A stretch of 39,090 bases of DNA, taken from contig JALAGF010000611.1 in NCBI GenBank assembly GCA_030167865.1, forward strand, positions 1 through 39,090. The letters are read 5' to 3'. The notes beneath the pieces were generated by a model that saw nothing but the letters and a program-made list of their open reading frames with translations, ran no database searches and was not told the DNA's origin. Below, piece by piece: positions 20,604 through 30,426 of this stretch (the first letter of the stretch is position 1; the number at the start of each line of letters is the position of its first letter). Both the position numbers and the translations under genes were made by a program. Source of the stretch: Craspedostauros australis. Lineage: Eukaryota.

Positions 20604-22340
20604 AGAGAGAAGTGGAGCGGAGTCGAACAATGAGAAGAAAGAGAGGCATCGCAGAAGAACAAGATAGTCCCTAAGAGAAGACGATGCACCAAATTAACAT
20701 ACATTTCCCGACTGGTTCCAGTCTCTTCTCGGTTTACCATGCGAACTAGGGTACCCCGGATGTACCTTTGAAGGTCATCGGCATTGCATATGTATTGGAG
20801 GCTACTGTCCGTGTTGCTGCCGCAATATTTGTAGCTGGGCCTTTTGGTTGCGGTATCGGTGCCTCATGGCATCGTACATGTACCTCTGGGCATTGGTGTA
20901 TGTGTGCGGCCTCTCGGTGGCTTTGTCGCGGTCTTGGCCATCGTGGGTGGCGACTGCGTGATGCTTGGGCGCATGTCTGCACCTCCTCTGCGTTGTTTGG
21001 TGGCGACCATCTGTTGCGAAGCATCGAAGAGTGCATGGCAGGCGGTGTGCAGAGCACAGTCTCACGCCACCGAGCACGAGTAGGTCGTGCGTATGGTACG
21101 AGCGCGCCATGGCACACACTCGTATGGTGCTCTGCGCTCTCCGAGTTGGCAGGGATGCCGCGGGTCGCCCTGTTTGGCGAATACTCTGTTCCGGCATCGT
21201 GTACTCTACTCTCGTGATGGGAGGTACAATAGCGCGCGTCTGGTAGGAGTCGGTAGGCGACAGCAGACGCGTCCAGAGGGACAAGTGTTACCGCGTTGAC
21301 GTTGAAGAGACGAGTCGCGATGAGTCGCGAGTACTTGTCGACGGAATACAGTGGAGAGCAGAGAGGACGCACCAAGCATTATTTCTGGCGCTGGTGCGCA
21401 CTCGCGATTGTTGTTCTTCATGATACTACACCTCGAAACTGTGAGATCTGACGCGAACCCAATCGTTCACTCATGGCATTCGAGACATGGTGTGGAGAGG
21501 ATGCAAAGAACCCCTACCACTGCCAAACGGTGACCACTTCAATCACGCTTCGACATCGGCGCGTCCATAGTTGTATCACTATCGGGAACAAATGAATGGC
21601 GGTGCACAAGATAGCACGCTGAGCGGCTGTGATGAAGACTGTATCGCTCCGGTCTTGTCAAACACGGAGTGCCCAAACAACCCAGCCCCCGTCCAAGATC
21701 GCCCTCTTCTCGTTCCGCACAGCATCGCTGAGGTAGAGAGGGAGCGTCTTGGGGGCAATCACTCTTGGGTGATGTGATAAAGTAGAAAGGTACATGCATC
21801 GCTGCGGAAACATGAGGCGTGGACCATCACGAATGCAGAACAAACAGCCATGAGTTGTTGCCGTGGCGCAACGGATGCAGCCGCATCGAAACCTGTACCG
21901 AAAGCAGTACCGTCTCCACGTGATCCGAAAGCGAACGTTGCCTCTCAGCCCAGGTACGAGCTACAGGTAACGAGTACTGGTAGGTAATATATAATATATT
22001 CTCGTACTGGTACTATACATGCAGAGTGCGAGGTATCGCAGGCGTAGTAGTAGGTGGCCAGACAATCGCCATAGCCGGAAACACGGTCACTCCACTATAC
22101 AACGAGTTCTCACACGACTACTCGGCTCTGTTGTACTATTAGCACAATAAAACAGCATGATGCGGCCGCGACTACGAGTATGTTGCGATCACAGCACAGC
22201 CAACATGGATTTGCGATGTCCATCATCAACCTCTCATAATCTCGGAAACATCCACAACTGCCAGCCAGCAACTTCACAACAACACAACAGCACTACAATA
22301 CCATACAATAAACCCTATTGCATCACATTTCACAGCCGTC

Positions 22341-23705
22341 ATGAAGTTCCTCCCACTCGCGGCCATCGCGTCTCTCTTGCCCCATTCCTGGGCTGCTGAG
22401 GTGCAAGATACAGAGCGCCAGCTGACCGTCACGTCGGATGGTCCAGAGCTCTGTCCCAACGACTTCTCGAAGATCCACCAAGTCGGTAACACACCGGTAA
22501 CGGCCCCACCGATCGAGATCATCGAGCAGAACGGAAGCACTGTCAAGTTCAAGATCAGCCAGATCTGGACGCCGCAGGTCGCGCACGAGGTCATCGTGCA
22601 GTACCAAACAGGAAATATGGGCGAGAAGAAGTGCGAAGCCTTCGATGACGTGCCGGGCGGCGATGAGCTCACGTTCACCGCTACTTGCGGCGTCACGGAC
22701 CCGGTTACGGTCGTTGACATCTTCATCGTGGACCAGGAAGTGGACGGAGACGCGCACATCCCGGCATGCTGCCACAGCGCGACCACCATCGACACCGTGC
22801 GGTACACCTACGGCATCCAGTGCACGCCAACGTGCCCGGAGCCGGAAGGCGACCCAGATTGCCCCGAGGTCAAGCTCGACTTCAACTCCTTCCCGGAGTA
22901 CTCGTACGTCTACGACGACTACTGGTACGACCTTGGCGTCAAGATCACTGGCGAGTCCAAGTCCAGCTCGAGCTCCAAAAGACACACGCCCCTACCGAAG
23001 AAGGAGTTCCCCATCGGCTCGGCCTGGGAAGATCGTTACGGTTTCACAGAGAACAGGAAAGACCGACGCAGCGACGATGAATGGGATACGTCGCTCCACA
23101 ACCAAGCCGGAGGTGCGGTGCGTGTCTTCAACACCAACAAACCGAACCGTGCCGGTGGCAACCCCAAGTGTGATCCCAATGACGATAACGATGGTGATCC
23201 AGATCTCGGATCTCCAAACCAAGCATGCCCATCCGGAACACCCGGAAAGAAGTCTTCAGGTCCCGGACAAGGAACTGGAGGCGAGTCTGGCCAGTGGAAG
23301 AACTGTCCATCCACACTGCTCGGTAACGTCCTCGTCATCCAAGAGGGGGCAAAGTCGTGCCCTGACGATTCCAGCGAAGGTGGCTGGATCACATTCGACT
23401 TCAACCCGGCCATCGCAGGGGAGATCCAGTTCACTTTCGCCAAGGTCCTTGATACAGACGAGAGCAACACCCCCAAGATCAAGGTCTGGAAGACTGGCGA
23501 GGACGTCAACTCCAACCCATCGACCAACGTATACACAACGCCCAAGACAGGAAACAACGGCCTGTGGCAAAAGTCCTTCAAGAATGATGGAACCTGGAAG
23601 AACCGCTACAAGAACCTGCAGCGCATCCAGTTCGAGTACCATGGCTCTGGATCTGTTGCCGAGATCAGTTACAAACCCTCCAAGTGCCCACCCACAGCCC
23701 GTTAA
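22341..23705 (+). CDS. Secreted two-domain protein, 454 aa, diatom-type
   Basis: Signal peptide MKFLPLAAIASLLPHSWA and ERQL site. Cys-containing domain (PIEIIEQNGSTVKF...IPACCH...YGIQCTPTC), then a domain with DPDLGSPNQAC..GPGQGTGG..NC..LGNVLVIQE..PDD..GGWITFDF. Strong codon bias and an AATAAA near 23801. Confidence 0.88.
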   Translation: MKFLPLAAIASLLPHSWAAEVQDTERQLTVTSDGPELCPNDFSKIHQVGNTPVTAPPIEIIEQNGSTVKFKISQIWTPQVAHEVIVQYQTGNMGEKKCEAFDDVPGGDELTFTATCGVTDPVTVVDIFIVDQEVDGDAHIPACCHSATTIDTVRYTYGIQCTPTCPEPEGDPDCPEVKLDFNSFPEYSYVYDDYWYDLGVKITGESKSSSSSKRHTPLPKKEFPIGSAWEDRYGFTENRKDRRSDDEWDTSLHNQAGGAVRVFNTNKPNRAGGNPKCDPNDDNDGDPDLGSPNQACPSGTPGKKSSGPGQGTGGESGQWKNCPSTLLGNVLVIQEGAKSCPDDSSEGGWITFDFNPAIAGEIQFTFAKVLDTDESNTPKIKVWKTGEDVNSNPSTNVYTTPKTGNNGLWQKSFKNDGTWKNRYKNLQRIQFEYHGSGSVAEISYKPSKCPPTAR

Positions 23706-24686
23706 GACAACTTGTCTGGAGAGACAGAGGGAGGAAAAGACGAATAGAGCGGGTAGAGAGGAAGACGGAACTTTAACACAATACATAACATTGCACAATG
23801 AATAAATCCAATACTATGACAATAAGTTGTAGAATACCATACATTCAGTCTTGGAAAAGCTCGTCGGTTAGTGTGCAGGCTGCGATCCGTCTTGTACGAT
23901 GATCGATGCTTGGCTGAAGCCGGAGCTCATGGCGCGTGCTGATTTTGTCGTGTCGATGACAAAGAACAGCCGTCCAAAATGTCGGCGCCAATCCGCATTC
24001 GTGATTCATGGACAGCACATCAATGTCTTCGCACTCGCTTGTCGAGTCCAGACTTGCACCTCTCCCTTGACCACGACGAAGTCCCACACCTCAACAACAG
24101 AACAGAAAAGGATGGGACATCTCCATTCGCGCACGACCTTTTGTGTACTCGACACAAGATGATCACCGCGACCACTTTGTCGCATGTGCTCTGAAATGCA
24201 CATGCTTGTGAAGAAGCATGGTGACTGTGTGACGCTCCTTTGTGATACGGGAGGAAGTTGTCTGAGGGTGCAGACTTGCCCTAACTTCCATCGCAGCCAT
24301 TGCTGCTGCTGCCACCGATGAGCTGATGCGTCAACTGTTTGGCCGCACAGCCAACGTCCAACACCAACCAGAGGTTGGCAACAAGAATGCTTCTGCAGGG
24401 TTCTTGGAGGAGGCGCCACGTGCCGTTAAAAGACGTTAAGTGTGCTTCGTGATTTGGCGCCCATTTTCCAAACTCAAAGAAGACGCCAATGATCTTCGTC
24501 ATTCCTTTCTCCCAACCCCTCGCGTGCCCGCTCATGTTGCCACACAAAGTCGCAGTGTGATGGTGTCGACGATGATGAGACGCGCAATAAACGTCAGGAA
24601 CGGCACTGATCGGAGCGACGCAGACACAAGCATGAACCCACATCGCTCGCGTATCACCAGACTTTGCGCATATGCGCGTCGGCTGG

Positions 24687-24702
24687 ATTCGGCTCGCAGA
24701 CA
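24687..24702 (+). repeat. Target-site duplication, left copy (attcggctcgcagaca)
   Basis: Identical 16-mer at 33114-33129. The flanking bases differ on both sides, so the boundaries are sharp. Confidence 0.93.
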
Positions 24703-24819
24703 TATATATACCTCACTGATTATAACTGTTAAGTCATGCGCCGGGGGCGCTTTCATTCCGCCTCGTTTATTCTACGTGTAGGCACGCAGCGGGAACGGAC
24801 CAGATGCTGTATATACTTT

Positions 24820-27800
24820 CTATGTGGGGGCGTGTGGGGAAGGGCGTCGGGGGAGTGGTGGTTGCGGCGGTGCGGAGCTGGCAGATGGGGCTGGCGCCTG
24901 GCTCCTCCTGCTGTAGTTGCGCATCCAATTGACGAGGACTTTGGCCGCCGGCGGTGCGGACTCGCCGAGTCCTTGTCGCATGGCTTGGATCCAGGCGACC
25001 AGCTGCTGAGTCTGGGTCAGGGGGGGCGGGTGGTGCCACAGCGGGTGGAGGACTGCAGGGATGGTGTCGGCTGGCCGGGAGCGCAGATCTTGCAGCTGGC
25101 AGTGCAACATGGCGACCATACCCACTGATGTTTGGGATGCTTTAACCTCGTTGCGGTCCCGCCACTGGGTGAGCACCGTGTGCCACAGAAGATTGGTGAC
25201 GCTGGCCTGCCAGTCGTGAAGCAGTCTTGGGGCCCGGCGGCGTCGGTGAGGAGGCATAGGAGGTGCCTCAGCGCGCCATCTGGACGACCATCCTCCCCAA
25301 ACCAGTGCTGTCCACCCCACCTGGCTTTGGCGAAGCTGTATAGCCGATGTCGGGGACGCCCGTATGCCTGATGGAGGCACCCCTCCTGTGGAGATGCGTT
25401 TGATGGCTGTGCACAGCAGCTGGGCGACTTCTGGTGGTGTGGTGGGCGGTCGCACGATTGACCGCACTTTCTCCACTGCCTTGGACCAGATTGCCTGGCT
25501 GGACTGGCTGGGGCACATGATGATGTGGGAGTTGTCTTCTGGTAGTCCACATCTTGGGCACCTGTCTGACTGCTCCTGCTGTCGTCGTGTCATGTTTTTG
25601 CCGCTGGCACTCGTGCCCGTCATGAGTTTGAGGAGCGTTCGTCGCTTGCCGCCTGTCCATTTGCGAGATGTGATCCTCATGGGCGTCCAGTCCACTTCCG
25701 CGGGAGTCGCCGACCCCCACCGGCGGCACCATCGTTGTTTGGTACTGGCCACATCAGAGGCTTGGGCCACCGTCCAGTAATCGAGGTCTGTCAGAGGGCC
25801 CTGACTAGTAGCCAGCGCCCAGCCGCTGGTGACAATTGTCATCCTGGCTGTACTCCACCCGTCGTCTTGGGAGATGCGTTGCCATTGTTGCCCTGCCACA
25901 TCGTCGGCGAGCACATTCATACTCTCCCAGGCCGTAAGTTGGCCTTCAGAGTCGTCGGCGTGGCCTCGCACTTCCTGCTGCCGGAACCGTACCGGCGACT
26001 GGCGAAGGCTTCGGACCAGCTCGGACCACAGGTCGTAGTCTTTCCGATTGGGCTGCGGCCACTGGAGCGGGTCCGCTGCTCGCAGCGCTCTGTTGTTGTC
26101 GCATGCGATGGTGGCACGTCCTCGCACTCCCGCCCACTCGGCTATCGATGATATGACCCATACCGACATCAGCACTCCCGCAAGCTCAGCACGGTTGGAG
26201 TCCATGTCGTGGGACCCTTCGGGGACTTCGGCGGCCGCTATCACTTGGTGGTCGGAGTTCTGGGGTGAGCACTGAATGATTGTCGCGGCTGATCCGTGGT
26301 TATCCTTAGCGGACGCGTCGCTGCAGGCGGAGCACGAGCCATCGGCAATGGAGGCGGCGATCCGTTGGATGTCTCCGGTGACCTGGATGGCTGAGAGCAT
26401 GCTTGCAGCAGCTGGGCCTTTCCGGTGGATCCAGCCTCGTACGGTTGTCGGACGTGTGACCTCGTGGATGACTCCTCTGGACACGATGGAGACTCCTGAC
26501 CGTCGCGGGGCCTGGTCGATTACGAACGAGAGCGCTGCGGTGGTCGGTGGTGCGGGCGTTGCGTCGGCACTCTCGGGCGGAGCGGTGCTGGGGAGCTGCA
26601 CCTGCCGTCCTGGCGGGATCCGTGCCCAGGGGCCAAGGGGTTGCCTGAGGTGCCATCCCGGTCGATCAGATGCTGCTAGAGCGGCCAGCATTTGATCCCA
26701 AGACTCCCACGACGCCTTCGACACTCGTCCCACGCTCGGCCAGAGGACGCTGTTGGCGGGCAGTCGCTCCTGTCTTAAGATCTCGGGCCTGATTTTCTCT
26801 CCTCGCGCCGTGGCGATATCAGACATCCAGAGAACGCGTAGGTGAAGTCTGGCGACATTGGCTTGGGCTAGCGTGCGCTTCGTGACTCCTGCTAGGATGG
26901 CTTGGTGCATGACAGTGTCGTCTTGCTGCCTGGGGAGTGTGGCTGGGTGCCCCATGTGTCGCATGCTGATGCCGAGCGCCGTTGCCGATTGAAAGGTGTT
27001 CTGCCACCAAGTGGCGCTGGTCCATCCTTTCCATATTGGCTCCGTCTGCTGCAGTGTGCCCGGAAGGCCTGTCCACAGCTCCAGGTGCCTCAATGACGTT
27101 CGTAGGAGTCGGCCTGTCTCGGTGGGTTGCTCGTAGTGTTGCGCGATCATTTCGAGATGTGATATCACTTGGGTAGTGTGTAGGTGTTTGATGCCCAGCC
27201 CCATGACGTCGGCGTGTCCAAACACGTAGTCTCTAGCGATCGTGCGGGCTATGCCCATCGACGGCAGCGCTGTTGTGAGTGCTGTACTCATGATCTTGGA
27301 CCATTGGGTGCGGGTCATAGTGGTCGCCGGGGACGAGTAAGCAAGCGACGGCCACAGGACTGCCTTGACGGCGATCTCCACGTCTTGGCGCTGGATCCTC
27401 GACGTCCTGATGCGTTCTGCCCAGGTGTTTGATTTCTGTGCCAGGTATGCAGCGTGCTCGGATTGTCGGCCGTCGCGTCGCGACACCATGCCGAGGTATT
27501 TGGATGCTGTGCGAGGGCTGTGGGCTGCCAGCTGGATCCTCTCTCCTGTGGGCGCGTTCATGTGCACTCCGATGTTTGGTTGAGACAAGTCGTACACCCA
27601 CTTGGTTTGCTGCCACTTGAACCTCATCAACTGCCAAAAGCTTTTGGATGGTTCCAGTGCTCCTCCTGTGGCTGTTAGTAGGCTGTCCCATCTGTCGACT
27701 GCTTTTTGGAAATCTGCCGCTTGCTCGTCTGGGGTGGAATGCGTCAGGCTTTGCATTATGTTGGTGTCGTCCACATATGCGGTGCCCACAATGGTGTGCT

Positions 27801-30426
27801 GCTCTCCCGTCACCGGGTTGGGTATGCGGAGCCCAAACCCTCGGTGCCGCATGTCGTCGATGATCGCGGAGCTGATGAGGAGCCACCCTGTGGGTGCGGA
27901 TCCAAGTCCCTGGACCAGGCCCTGAAGGTAGTTGTGATCCTGTTTGCCCGTGTAGGACGCGTCAGATGTGCCGGTGGCCATGCGAATGCGGTGTGTCATT
28001 GACTGTAACGTGTTGAGTGTGCTCGTGATCGGCTGAGGAGGCACTCCTTGGCGCTGCAGGGCGAGGCTGAAGATGGGGTGGGCTATTCTGTCATAGCAGC
28101 CTTTTGCGTCGTTGGAGCACACTGCGTATGGCTGCCCGGTGATCCTTGCGATATCGTCGATGAGTGTCGTGTTGAGGAGTACTTCCTGCGCGGTGTGCGC
28201 CTTCCTGCTCCCGTATTGCTCCGCCGCAAGTGTGCCGTTGGTTTCCGCATGTGACCTCGCTTGCTTCCCCAAGAGTCGGTTGTTCATATTGAAGTCCCCT
28301 TCCATGAGTCCGATGGTCCTTGTCTTGGTGACAGCTAGGTTGCCGGGCTTCTTGCGGAGTTGAATATCCACGCACTGTTGCCACCTCTTCAGGCTGTACC
28401 CCGTCCTGTATGGTATCGACCGCATGATGGCATCAATTTCCGCAAGTGCTGGGTCGGTGGCGTTGACCTTCCAGCACCCGAAATGCAGGCCGGATGGACC
28501 GGATGACGTGCTCTCTTTGATTCGGGCCCATCCTTTGGAGTGATCTTCCGCGCTGATGTGGAGGTTCTGGGAGCTCCACGCGGTGGTTTCCGAGGGCTGT
28601 TTGAGAGCCGAGAGCATGGCACGCGTGTTGGCGTTGGCCTGAGTTGGCACGATACCATGGAGAATGGCTGAGGCTGCTGTATTGGTGCCGAACCGCCCCA
28701 GACTGTTTCGCAGAGGCCTTTGGCACACTTCTGCTCGCCATGCTTGGCTGTATTTGTCCACGTTGTTGTTGCAGCATGCCCGTGCGACTTTTTCTCCGGA
28801 TGTCAGCAAGTCGCCGGAGCCTCCTGGGCCGTCGTCAATCACGATGGTGACCTGTGCGTCGGCGCCTTCAGCTTGTAGCGACCATCGGATGCGCTGATAT
28901 GTCGCCTTCGTCTCCTCACGTTGGAGGACTTGTGCTCGGTACTTCGCTGCGTCTTTGCCGTCTTGCTCTACCTCTGCTTCGTCTGCCGCAAGGAATGTTC
29001 TTCGATGTTGGGCTGCATGTGCTTTCTCTTGTTGGTAGGCTTTCCATGCCTGGTTGCGGCGCTGCTGCATCTCTGCGACTGTCATGTTGCGTGTTTGAAC
29101 TTGGAGACTCGCCTTCTTTTTGGCCTTGTCTGTCGCTCTACTTCCGATGTGGTGTCCCTTGCGCCTTTTGATGCTGAGCGTCCAAAACCGGTGTTCCCAC
29201 TGCAGCTTTGACACAATGGGAGAGAAGGGCACTCGACCTGCTCTGATCTTTCTGCATTTTCGCTCTGCGTCAAGCATGGCCGAGGTTCTGTCTCTGTCCA
29301 GCTTCTCGATGGCATGCGCCTGCTGTGGCGTAGGGGTCTGGCTGCCTATGGTTGAGTCAAGTGTTCGCGCTCGTTGTAGGAGCTGTAGGGATTCGGCTTG
29401 CTTCGCATACTCCTCTCTGTACTTGCGGACTGTGGCCGGTTGATTGATTTGGAGTCGTCTACCTCTGAACGGTGTCGACGGTTGTCGTGTGGAGCCGAAA
29501 AGGCTTGCCGTCCCAATGTCCATCCAGACTGCTCGGTGGTCCCAGTTACCATAGGGTGTCAGCCCAAGCTGGTTGGGGGCCACATCGCCTGAGGTCCAGA
29601 GTCCGTCGATGGGCACGTGGCTGCGGTTTCTAATCATGGTGGAGTAAGGCGGCCCAATGGTGTTGGTGTGGTGCTCTCTGAGCCCCGTTGCCGATAGCAT
29701 GTTGGCGACTTTCGATCTGCGTACATCCATGTTGATGTCTCCGCCGAGGATGATGGTCTCACCCGCCTGCCGCCACTGCTCTATTTGCGCCTGCAGGTCT
29801 TGGATGAGGAGGTCGATGGGGTCCAGGGTGGTTTGTCGTCGTGCTGAGTGAACTGCCTGCTGGTTGTACACTGTTCCCACGGTCTGAGTTGACTTGGTAG
29901 GGACGTACACAGAGACAACTCGCACTTTGATGTGTTGCTTGCCTTGTAGAAGTATGCTTGCCCACCTTCCGCATCGTTCTGGGTCGTTGCTGCGTGAGAG
30001 GACGCGTCCTGCAATGCTCCCATGAACCACCACTGCTGTGCCTCCCCACTGTCTCTGGCGGTCTGTCTCCGTGTGGCAGTGGGACGTGCTGGTCTTCGCC
30101 ATCTTCAGGTGATTCTCAGCCCGTCTGCGGAGCGAGGACTCGGTTGGGGCTACTCTCCAGTTGATGCCGACCTCGGAGATGAGGAGGACGTCGATGTCGT
30201 GCTGCTTCACCGTCTGCCACAGGTCGTCGTTCTTCGGGTCGGTCGGATCAATGGGGATGCTGCCTGTGTTGAGAGCGGCTACTCTGATTTGGTTGGTTGG
30301 TTTGCCCTTGGTGTGGCGGCCTAGGTGCTGCTGTTGGGCGTTCAAGTCGTCCGATCTTGAGCGTCCGTGTTGGTTGGGTCCGTTGCTGTTCGGGCTGGAC
30401 TGTGCCCGTCCGTGGCTGGCTGTCAT
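24820..30426 (-). CDS. LINE ORF2 polyprotein, 1868 aa: APE endonuclease, reverse transcriptase, RNase H, CCHC knuckle
   Basis: APE at about 29515-30290 (ALN, ISE, VSVY, GGDIN, PIDG, WDH). RT at about 27430-28510 (EQYGSRK, SNDAKGCYDRI, QGLVQG, YVDD at 27766-27777, KYLG). RNase H at about 25890-26340 (SDAS, RAELAG, ACDN, VRGH, NVLAD). CPRC-x7-H-x3-C at about 25513-25560. Confidence 0.95.
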   Translation of the reverse strand: MTASHGRAQSSPNSNGPNQHGRSRSDDLNAQQQHLGRHTKGKPTNQIRVAALNTGSIPIDPTDPKNDDLWQTVKQHDIDVLLISEVGINWRVAPTESSLRRRAENHLKMAKTSTSHCHTETDRQRQWGGTAVVVHGSIAGRVLSRSNDPERCGRWASILLQGKQHIKVRVVSVYVPTKSTQTVGTVYNQQAVHSARRQTTLDPIDLLIQDLQAQIEQWRQAGETIILGGDINMDVRRSKVANMLSATGLREHHTNTIGPPYSTMIRNRSHVPIDGLWTSGDVAPNQLGLTPYGNWDHRAVWMDIGTASLFGSTRQPSTPFRGRRLQINQPATVRKYREEYAKQAESLQLLQRARTLDSTIGSQTPTPQQAHAIEKLDRDRTSAMLDAERKCRKIRAGRVPFSPIVSKLQWEHRFWTLSIKRRKGHHIGSRATDKAKKKASLQVQTRNMTVAEMQQRRNQAWKAYQQEKAHAAQHRRTFLAADEAEVEQDGKDAAKYRAQVLQREETKATYQRIRWSLQAEGADAQVTIVIDDGPGGSGDLLTSGEKVARACCNNNVDKYSQAWRAEVCQRPLRNSLGRFGTNTAASAILHGIVPTQANANTRAMLSALKQPSETTAWSSQNLHISAEDHSKGWARIKESTSSGPSGLHFGCWKVNATDPALAEIDAIMRSIPYRTGYSLKRWQQCVDIQLRKKPGNLAVTKTRTIGLMEGDFNMNNRLLGKQARSHAETNGTLAAEQYGSRKAHTAQEVLLNTTLIDDIARITGQPYAVCSNDAKGCYDRIAHPIFSLALQRQGVPPQPITSTLNTLQSMTHRIRMATGTSDASYTGKQDHNYLQGLVQGLGSAPTGWLLISSAIIDDMRHRGFGLRIPNPVTGEQHTIVGTAYVDDTNIMQSLTHSTPDEQAADFQKAVDRWDSLLTATGGALEPSKSFWQLMRFKWQQTKWVYDLSQPNIGVHMNAPTGERIQLAAHSPRTASKYLGMVSRRDGRQSEHAAYLAQKSNTWAERIRTSRIQRQDVEIAVKAVLWPSLAYSSPATTMTRTQWSKIMSTALTTALPSMGIARTIARDYVFGHADVMGLGIKHLHTTQVISHLEMIAQHYEQPTETGRLLRTSLRHLELWTGLPGTLQQTEPIWKGWTSATWWQNTFQSATALGISMRHMGHPATLPRQQDDTVMHQAILAGVTKRTLAQANVARLHLRVLWMSDIATARGEKIRPEILRQERLPANSVLWPSVGRVSKASWESWDQMLAALAASDRPGWHLRQPLGPWARIPPGRQVQLPSTAPPESADATPAPPTTAALSFVIDQAPRRSGVSIVSRGVIHEVTRPTTVRGWIHRKGPAAASMLSAIQVTGDIQRIAASIADGSCSACSDASAKDNHGSAATIIQCSPQNSDHQVIAAAEVPEGSHDMDSNRAELAGVLMSVWVISSIAEWAGVRGRATIACDNNRALRAADPLQWPQPNRKDYDLWSELVRSLRQSPVRFRQQEVRGHADDSEGQLTAWESMNVLADDVAGQQWQRISQDDGWSTARMTIVTSGWALATSQGPLTDLDYWTVAQASDVASTKQRWCRRWGSATPAEVDWTPMRITSRKWTGGKRRTLLKLMTGTSASGKNMTRRQQEQSDRCPRCGLPEDNSHIIMCPSQSSQAIWSKAVEKVRSIVRPPTTPPEVAQLLCTAIKRISTGGVPPSGIRASPTSAIQLRQSQVGWTALVWGGWSSRWRAEAPPMPPHRRRRAPRLLHDWQASVTNLLWHTVLTQWRDRNEVKASQTSVGMVAMLHCQLQDLRSRPADTIPAVLHPLWHHPPPLTQTQQLVAWIQAMRQGLGESAPPAAKVLVNWMRNYSRRSQAPAPSASSAPPQPPLPRRPSPHAPT

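Noticed and set aside
20746-21420. ORFs of 150-209 aa on both strands
   Set aside because: Arg/Cys/Trp/His-rich translations typical of non-coding GC-rich DNA, with no motif.
21972-22012. AT-rich patch (taatatataatatatt) between two gtactggta copies
   Set aside because: Could be a promoter element or transposon footprint, but it is too short to support a call.
22645-23805. 386-aa alternative-frame ORF, and similar shadow ORFs over EMC3, 33231-34004 and the LINE
   Set aside because: Explained by GC3 bias of the real overlapping genes suppressing stops in other frames.
24703-24819. Self-cleaving ribozyme (hammerhead or HDV-like) in the LINE UTRs
   Set aside because: No complete CUGANGA/GAAA core or HDV pseudoknot could be built by eye.
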